8,816 nucleotides of DNA from an uncultured Gammaproteobacteria bacterium (lineage in GTDB: Bacteria > Patescibacteriota > Microgenomatia > Daviesbacterales > UBA10151). The stretch is taken from NCBI GenBank assembly GCA_964522265.1, contig CAZFVS010000039.1, positions 1 through 8,816 of the forward strand. Direction: 5' to 3'. The first letter of the stretch is position 1, and each line of letters opens with the position of its first letter. A model generated the notes under the pieces. It worked only from the letters and a program-made list of their open reading frames with translations. It did no database searches and was not told the origin of the DNA. The translations under genes and the position numbers were made by a program. Of the stretch, positions 1 through 5,600 are shown piece after piece.

Positions 1-302
1 TTATCGACAGGGTTGCTGGTATCCCGTCCTTCAAAATTAGTCATATCCAAGGGGTCAAAAGTTACCCCTATTGCTTTCCCTCCGCCTTCATGAACTCCCA
101 GCGTTGCAGCTTTCATAGTCCCCGGCCCTCCACCGTTAACCACTGCATACCCTGCTAGTCCAAGTTCCCGGCATACTTCAAACACCTCCCTATAAAGCTT
201 TTGGTTTTCCAAAACGTCAGCGTAGCCAAAAACAGTGACATATTGGATAGTAGCCGCTTTTTCAGCTACTAACTTTTTCCCAAATCTTTTCAAGATTTGC
301 AT
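1..302 (-). CDS. LOG / TIGR00730-type Rossmann-fold nucleotide-binding protein, N-terminal 100 codons only (continues beyond the left edge)
   Basis: Hand translation of the reverse strand from ATG at 302-300 gives MQILKRFGKKLVAEKAATIQYVTVFGYADVLENQKLYREVFEVCRELGLAGYAVVNGGGPGTMKAATLGVHEGGGKAIGVTFDPLDMTNFEGRDTSNPVD with no stop to position 1. The pattern of beta strand-FG, a helix, then GYxVVxGGGxGxM and GGxxIGV is the N-terminal signature of the LOG/lysine-decarboxylase-like family. GGAG sits 6 nt upstream of the ATG (plus 309-312). The ORF is missing from the supplied track because it is open at the window edge. Confidence 0.6.
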   Translation of the reverse strand, partial: MQILKRFGKKLVAEKAATIQYVTVFGYADVLENQKLYREVFEVCRELGLAGYAVVNGGGPGTMKAATLGVHEGGGKAIGVTFDPLDMTNFEGRDTSNPVD

Positions 303-927
303 CTATATCTCCTTTCAGCAGAAATGACCCAACAACCAAAAAATCTGCTCCCGCCTCGACCAATAATTTAGCGTTTTCGTCTTTAACTGATCCGTCAACA
401 CCAATCTTTAAATCTTTATTTTTCGAGCGGAGCCGGGAAGTTTCCTTTATCTTTTCTAAAACTTCTGTCTTAAAAGGATTTCCTTGAAATCCCGGTGTAA
501 TCGACATCAAAAGGACTCTGTCTATTTTATCTACAAAGGGGTTTAATTTTTCAACTGGTGTTTCAATATTTAATGCTAAACCCAATTCCATACCTTTACT
601 GTTGATTGACTCAATACATTCATTGATATCATCTGCTGCTTCTAAGTGGAAAAATACTCTTTTAAAACCTAGCTCTGCTAATTTATCTATCCATCCTAAA
701 GGATGCAAAACCATAAGATGGGCTTCTTTTTGTAAATCCGTCTCGTATTTTGCTGTAACTCCAGGTGTGATGCTTCTGTTTGGGACAAATAAATTATCCA
801 TGAAATCAATATGCACCCAGCCCATCTTTAATGACTCTGAATCAGAGTATCTTTTGATATCCCGTTTGAAATCCGGTTCGGTCGTGGAAAGTATTGCAGG
901 AATAATCTGGATCATCTCTTTTGTCAC
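262..927 (-). CDS. rpe: Ribulose-phosphate 3-epimerase
   Basis: The 221-aa ORF carries the Rpe signatures: IIPAILS near the N-terminus, HIDFMDNLFVPN (metal/substrate His-Asp motif), HLMV, MSITPGFQGNPF, IGVDGS and VVGSFL. Length is typical and the stop is TGA. The track start is GTG at 927, directly abutting the rpiB stop. ATG at 915 (MIQIIPAIL) is an equally plausible start. Confidence 0.9.
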   Translation of the reverse strand: MTKEMIQIIPAILSTTEPDFKRDIKRYSDSESLKMGWVHIDFMDNLFVPNRSITPGVTAKYETDLQKEAHLMVLHPLGWIDKLAELGFKRVFFHLEAADDINECIESINSKGMELGLALNIETPVEKLNPFVDKIDRVLLMSITPGFQGNPFKTEVLEKIKETSRLRSKNKDLKIGVDGSVKDENAKLLVEAGADFLVVGSFLLKGDIDANLEKIWEKVSS

Positions 928-1419
928 TTAATTTTCTTCTTCTGCTTTCCTCATTTTTTCCAGCCTTCTCACATGCCGTTCTTCTCCGCTGAATTCTGTC
1001 TGCAAAAAGACTTTAATGATCTCATATGCGCTTTCCTCGTCCAAAATATCCGTAGGCAGTGATAAAACATTGGCATTTTCATGCTCCCTGGCCTGCACAG
1101 CCCTCTTTGTATCCTGAACCAGGGCAGACCTTATCCCTTTTATCTTATTGGCAACCATATCCATACCTGCACCTGAACCGCAAAACAAAACCCCCCGATT
1201 CGCGGTACTGTTTTTAGTGGCTTTTGCCACATCTTTGGCAAAATCAACATAATCATCCTGGGGGTCTAAATGGTCATTCCCCAAATCTGTCACCTCCAAC
1301 CCATCATCAATCAGGCGCTTCTTCAAACGCTCTTTCAAATCATACCCTCTGTGATCTGCCCCTATAAAAATCATTTGTTGCTCTCGACTACGCCCGAACA
1401 ATATTTTTTCTTCGACCAT
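928..1419 (-). CDS. rpiB: Ribose-5-phosphate isomerase B (RpiB/LacA/LacB family)
   Basis: Family motifs are present: IGADHRGYDLKERL, DYVDFAKDVA, GVLFCGSGAGMDMVANK, GIRSAL, EHENANVLSLP and ERHVRRLEK. The longest ORF starts at 1419. The conserved N-terminus aligns with the internal Met at 1374 (MIFIGADHRG), which would give a family-typical 148 aa, so the true start is probably 1374. Confidence 0.9.
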   Translation of the reverse strand: MVEEKILFGRSREQQMIFIGADHRGYDLKERLKKRLIDDGLEVTDLGNDHLDPQDDYVDFAKDVAKATKNSTANRGVLFCGSGAGMDMVANKIKGIRSALVQDTKRAVQAREHENANVLSLPTDILDEESAYEIIKVFLQTEFSGEERHVRRLEKMRKAEEEN

Positions 1420-1462
1420 AAGCGGAGAAGTACACTCTTATTGTAAAGAGAAATACATTCTC

Positions 1463-1491
1463 ATTGTAAATTGTAAATTGTAAATTGTAAA
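1463..1491 (-). promoter_or_regulatory. Putative sigma70-type promoter built entirely from the heptamer repeat (TTTACA-N17-TACAAT), pointing at rpiB
   Basis: On the minus strand the repeat reads CAAT(TTACAAT)x4. TTTACA at plus 1491-1486 and TACAAT at plus 1468-1463 are separated by exactly 17 nt. The expected TSS is near 1456, about 37 nt upstream of the 1419 start. Confidence 0.35.
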
Positions 1492-1494
1492 TTG
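1463..1494. repeat. Heptanucleotide tandem repeat (ATTGTAA) x4 plus a partial fifth copy (ATTG); a solitary extra copy lies at 1440-1446
   Basis: Direct reading gives attgtaa attgtaa attgtaa attgtaa attg with no mismatches. It lies in the intergenic region upstream of rpiB. Confidence 0.95.
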
Positions 1495-1520
1495 CCCTAT
1501 TTTGTCATAGATGATCACAG

Positions 1521-1549
1521 TTGACGGTTTTCAACCCCAATGATATAAG
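1521..1549 (+). promoter_or_regulatory. Putative sigma70 promoter with extended -10: TTGACG-N17-(TGa)TATAAG
   Basis: TTGACG lies at 1521-1526. The spacer is 17 nt and ends in TGA (TGn extended -10 at 1541-1543). TATAAG lies at 1544-1549. No plus-strand CDS follows; the next plus-strand signal is the terminator at 1585-1606. Confidence 0.35.
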
Positions 1550-1555
1550 TATTGA

Positions 1556-1606
1556 TGCTTGCTGTAAAGTAAGTTTGCGAGAATCCCCGCTTCGTGCGGG
1601 GTTTTT
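1556..1606 (+). ncRNA. Candidate ~50-nt small RNA delimited by the promoter at 1521-1549 and the intrinsic terminator at 1585-1606
   Basis: Promoter and terminator share the plus strand with no ORF between them. A second possible 5-bp stem is CUUGC 1558-1562 pairing with GCGAG 1577-1581 (one G-U pair). The call rests on signals only, with no homology evidence. Confidence 0.25.
1585..1606 (+). terminator. Rho-independent terminator hairpin CCCCGC-ttcgt-GCGGGG followed by TTTTT
   Basis: Perfect 6-bp GC stem (1585-1590 / 1596-1601), 5-nt loop, and a T5 run at 1602-1606 on the plus strand. On the minus strand it starts 10 nt after the protease stop codon but is followed only by AUUCUCG, so it should be a weaker terminator in that direction. 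Confidence 0.55.
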
Positions 1607-1610
1607 CGTT

Positions 1611-2279
1611 TCAAAATCTTATTTTCCCAAGTATAAGTTTAACTATCCCGTAAACCATAAAATCAAGCATGATTGGCACTGCCAAAAAAACATCTGCTTT
1701 TTGTATCTGTACCTCATATTTTATTAGGAACTCTCCAATCCAAACAAATATCGTATCGAATTTAAGAAGATACAAAGCTGCAAAAAGCCCGATTATTAAA
1801 AACCCCGCCTCTAGAGTCCCCTCAAGGTCTTTTTTACTGGAAAACATGGTGTTTGCAGCTTCAAAAAGGATATAAAAAAGGACCAGAAAAATCCAGAATT
1901 GAACCTCTAAACTGGTGCTTAAATAATACAGCACACCGATAATGATGCTTATTCCAAAAAGCACAGGCGCCACACCAATTAAGGCTCTTCTGAAAGGGTC
2001 GGTCTTACCAATTTCTGCACTGCCCAATTTTACTCCGTTTTCCCTGATCTCAGGTATAAGCTCAAAATTCCCCACCGGGACCAGTAGCGCCCCTGCGGTC
2101 AAAACATGGGCCAGCTCATGGATCAGGGTCCCGGGCAAGAACAAAAAAGCCAGCAAGTGAACAGTTGCACGGTGGCTTTTAGTCAGATGGTAAAAAAGCC
2201 TGGCTAAAGCCCTGATCAACAGCTTTGAACAAAAATATAAAGAGATTACTTCTATCAGAAAAAGCAACAAAAAAATCAT
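1611..2279 (-). CDS. Polytopic membrane HExxH zinc metallopeptidase, M50 / site-2-protease-like (family assignment tentative)
   Basis: The 222-aa ORF is very hydrophobic, with about 5-6 predicted TM helices. HELAH is embedded in LPGTLIHELAHVLTAG at the end of a TM helix. A later ANTMFSSKKDLEG segment resembles the second (NxxPxxxxDG-type) motif of intramembrane M50 proteases. The ATG at 2279 overlaps the upstream stop (ATGA). Confidence 0.75.
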   Translation of the reverse strand: MIFLLLFLIEVISLYFCSKLLIRALARLFYHLTKSHRATVHLLAFLFLPGTLIHELAHVLTAGALLVPVGNFELIPEIRENGVKLGSAEIGKTDPFRRALIGVAPVLFGISIIIGVLYYLSTSLEVQFWIFLVLFYILFEAANTMFSSKKDLEGTLEAGFLIIGLFAALYLLKFDTIFVWIGEFLIKYEVQIQKADVFLAVPIMLDFMVYGIVKLILGKIRF

Positions 2280-2599
2280 GCGCCAGGTGGAGGCTGAAGC
2301 GTCCCCAAATAGACTCCCTTAAATTCCAGAAGCGCATTTGCTAAAAAGTTTGTAAAGTCCGGAATATGCCCTGCTACAAATTCCTGAATCTCCTGTGCCT
2401 CTTTCCTCTCTTTGAGCATACTTTCAAATGATGAAACATCTTCATCAGATAAAGCGGCAACAATTTTGGCTGTAAGAAAATTATCAACTCTTGTTAAAAG
2501 GTCTTTTTTTAACTCACCTCTTACTTCCTCAGTTAAGTCAGGAAACCCTTTCTCCTCAATCAACTTATCCACAAAATCATCCATTTTTCGGTTATCCAT
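2276..2599 (-). CDS. Small acidic all-helical protein of unknown function
   Basis: The 107-aa ORF is rich in E/D/K with helical periodicity and has no Cys. It resembles small DUF-type proteins I recall from Patescibacteria genomes (DUF5663-like), but this is recollection only and unverified. Its stop overlaps the downstream protease start by 4 nt (ATGA at 2276-2279). A near-consensus promoter lies just upstream. Confidence 0.7.
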   Translation of the reverse strand: MDNRKMDDFVDKLIEEKGFPDLTEEVRGELKKDLLTRVDNFLTAKIVAALSDEDVSSFESMLKERKEAQEIQEFVAGHIPDFTNFLANALLEFKGVYLGTLQPPPGA

Positions 2600-2609
2600 A
2601 TCTTATCTT

Positions 2610-2638
2610 ATGTTAGGTTACCTCAAATGCAGTGTCAA
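2610..2638 (-). promoter_or_regulatory. Putative sigma70 promoter TTGACA-N17-TAACAT for the small-protein/protease operon
   Basis: On the minus strand there is a perfect TTGACA (plus 2638-2633), a 17-nt spacer and TAACAT (plus 2615-2610). The -10 ends 10 nt before the ATG at 2599 and no Shine-Dalgarno lies between them, implying a leader of only a few nucleotides. Confidence 0.45.
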
Positions 2639-2676
2639 TAGTTGCGTTAACAATAATAACATGAAATACTATAAAT

Positions 2677-5600
2677 ATGGAAAGCGAATCTGATCAGGTT
2701 AGCAAAAATGCTGTAGAAAGTACTGAAAAACAGCTTGAAAAACAAGCTACCAGACGACAAATCATTCATGCATTTGAAAGTAGTTTCATTCTTTTAGATA
2801 GTTATATCTCCGATCCTAAAATACAAGCTACTGATGAGGAGCGGAAAGATTTCGCATTTATTACACAAGCAAGGGGTAGAACTGACCTTAGAAAAGGCAG
2901 GGATACATACCAAAACAAGTTTTTTGGCACGATTGGTGAGGTTTATGAAGAAGGCGAAGGCATTCCTGTTGAAAAGCTGATCGCTTTTTTAAGAAGACAA
3001 GCTGAAACAACCAGAGATCCGGCAGCAAGAAAACGCCATTTGAAAAATGCCCAAATTTTAGAAGACAACAGTAGGTTATTTTATGATATCCACTCATCAA
3101 TGGAACCTGAAGCCATGACTGCCAGGGAAATGCAGGAAGCGCAACAATTTTCAGGCGATTTAGATCAAGCAAAAGAGGTTTTGCGAAACAGGCGCGAGCT
3201 TTGGCCCCCTCCTGCAGTCCACCAACCCCCACAACCTAAAGGCCCGGAGCTTACTATCGGGCTTGTAGCAGGCAAACAGAGAGTAGAACATGCAGAAGAA
3301 GGCGGAAAAAGCCAGGAAGAAATGGAGGTTCTAGAAGAACGGGCGCGTGAGATCGCCAGATTGCAGATGACAGAAGACAGGACTAAGTGGGAAGGCAGGT
3401 TTTCATTCATCAGACAATTTATTCCCAGGCTTTGGAAATCTACCATTGGTGAAGTTGCTACTTACAATAAAGAAAAAAACCATGCAATCAAGTTACTCGC
3501 AGAATCAGGAGTCCAGATGACCACCCTGCCTCATAGTTTTATGGAACAGGTTGACTCTTTAGCCCGCCAGAATATCGCCAGAAGCAGAAGCGGTATTAGA
3601 CAACGCGTTTGGGGAGCAGTCAGGGACATATTCCATGAAGCCACCTTTACCGAGAAAGGCCTCCATCAAGAACGGCTCAATATCATCAGACAACTCCGTC
3701 AGGCGGCTAACCGCATTAATGAACCCGACCAGCAGGATTTCTTAAAAAACCATTCTTTAGGTAAGCAATTTATAGACATTCTAAACGGTGATTATCAGGC
3801 ATCGGAAGCTCTGGCAAAAAGAGTCAACAGTGAATATGGCGACGAGCTAATCCATAAAACCATAGGGGAAAAAAGAGGCCAGGAAGCTACAAGGCTGGAA
3901 GGGCCGATTGCTGATTTTTTTAAAAACGATATTATCACTCCGCTCTTGCAGGAAGGCCTGGCAAAAGGCGCTATCAGCGAAGGTACAATTCTGCAGGCCA
4001 GAGAAAAAATGCAGGAATTTTTCTTTTCCGAAAGATTTATCAGCTGGTATAATGACCCCAAAAACCAGGAAATCCGCGACAGCTTAAATCTTTCGTTAAG
4101 TTACGGTTCAGACTTAATCCCTTTGATCCAGGAAGTTATTTTACCGCAGGTTCTTCAGGCCAAAGAACATCTGAAAAGTACGAAAGATTTGAAAAATTAC
4201 ATCAAAAAAATGGTCCTTAAGGTAAATGTAGGAACTTTGGAAGCCGGACAAAAAGGGGTTATTGAAGAAGGTTTGCTGGAAAGGGCTGCTTCAAGGACTA
4301 TCACAAACGAGCGGGTGATGCAGCTTTACGAGCAACTTCGCGCCAGTAACAACGCTCCGAAACTCATACCTGATACTTATTTAGATGCAGCTGTAGACAG
4401 AGCCAACCTGGTTGGAAGACTCGGCCGGTTGGCAACCCATCAGGTAGTTATGGGTGTTGCTGTTGGCGCCGGGCTGTATGCAGCCAGGGCAGGTGCCGGG
4501 ACAGTGGGCAGACTGGTGGCGCCAATTATTGGCGGCGGACTGGTTGCAGGCGCTTTCAGGGCAGTCCAGGAAAGAAGGATGTTTACCCGAGAGCACGAAC
4601 AACATGAGGTGGAAACTGAATTAGGTTATAAATTCCCCGGAGATGCCCGAAGAAGGGAGCAGATGCGTTCTCTTGAGCTACATAAAAGGGACATGCAATC
4701 AGAACTCATCAACCCTATGCAACAAATTATCAAAGAGATAGACTCTGGAACAGCATCACCTGAAAGATTAATGGAGCTTGCAGGGTTAATGGCAGACACG
4801 AGAGCCCGTTTCCGTATAATGGACATCAGAAATATCGGTCTTTTAGCGGCCTCAAGCCCACAAAATTATCAGGTAGAAAAAACCAACCTCGAGCTTACGC
4901 AGGCTAAAGCCAGTGCAACACTCAAAAGCTATCTTGAGACACATCCTGAATTGGGATTACAAGATCTCTCGGTTGATTCTCTTATTGGTGAATTAACCGA
5001 TGTACAAGTTACCAACCTGGAAAGGGGTACCGGAATTGATGCAAAATACCAGGCAGCCTTAGGTAACTTAACTATTACTCAGGCTCAATCCATCGAAACC
5101 AGGGAACAGGCTTTCAGAGACACTAGAAGAAACAGGATGATTATGGCGGGTACAACGACTGCAGTAGGAGTAGTTGGTGGATACTTCTTATCAAATTTTG
5201 CAATTAACCGGGCAACTGAATTTGCCCTATCCCACGACATCCCTGTAGCGGGCGAAGCATTAAGGAATGCTGGTTTTGAACAAACAGTGAGAAGCGACAA
5301 ATTAGGAAACGTTGATTTGAATGAGGCTTTTGACCATCCAAAAGGTTACAACTTGGAAGATCCCACAACCCATGAGCGTTTTACATTAGTTGTTAGTGTT
5401 GACGACAATAATCCTGGCAGAATGGTGGATGTCTTTGATGCCAATGGTCAGAAATTAGGACTCCCTATGTGGCTTGCAAAAGATGGTGAACATACAAAGT
5501 TGATTGCTGCTGGATCTCCTGATAACTTACCCTCTGGACTGAAAAATTATGTCAGTGAATGGCAAAATAATCCCACGACTGAACACAGTTTAAAAGCTTA

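Noticed and set aside
1440-1494. The heptamer repeat as a CRISPR array or mobile-element end.
   Set aside because: The 7-bp units are directly abutting with no spacers. No cas, transposase or inverted terminal repeats are nearby. It is a simple microsatellite.
602-2693. Plus-strand ORFs overlapping the minus-strand genes: 602-931, 1521-1727, 1669-1875, 1942-2160 and 2412-2693.
   Set aside because: They are antisense to well-supported genes (rpe, the membrane protease, the small acidic protein). They have no motifs or RBS and show shadow-frame composition.
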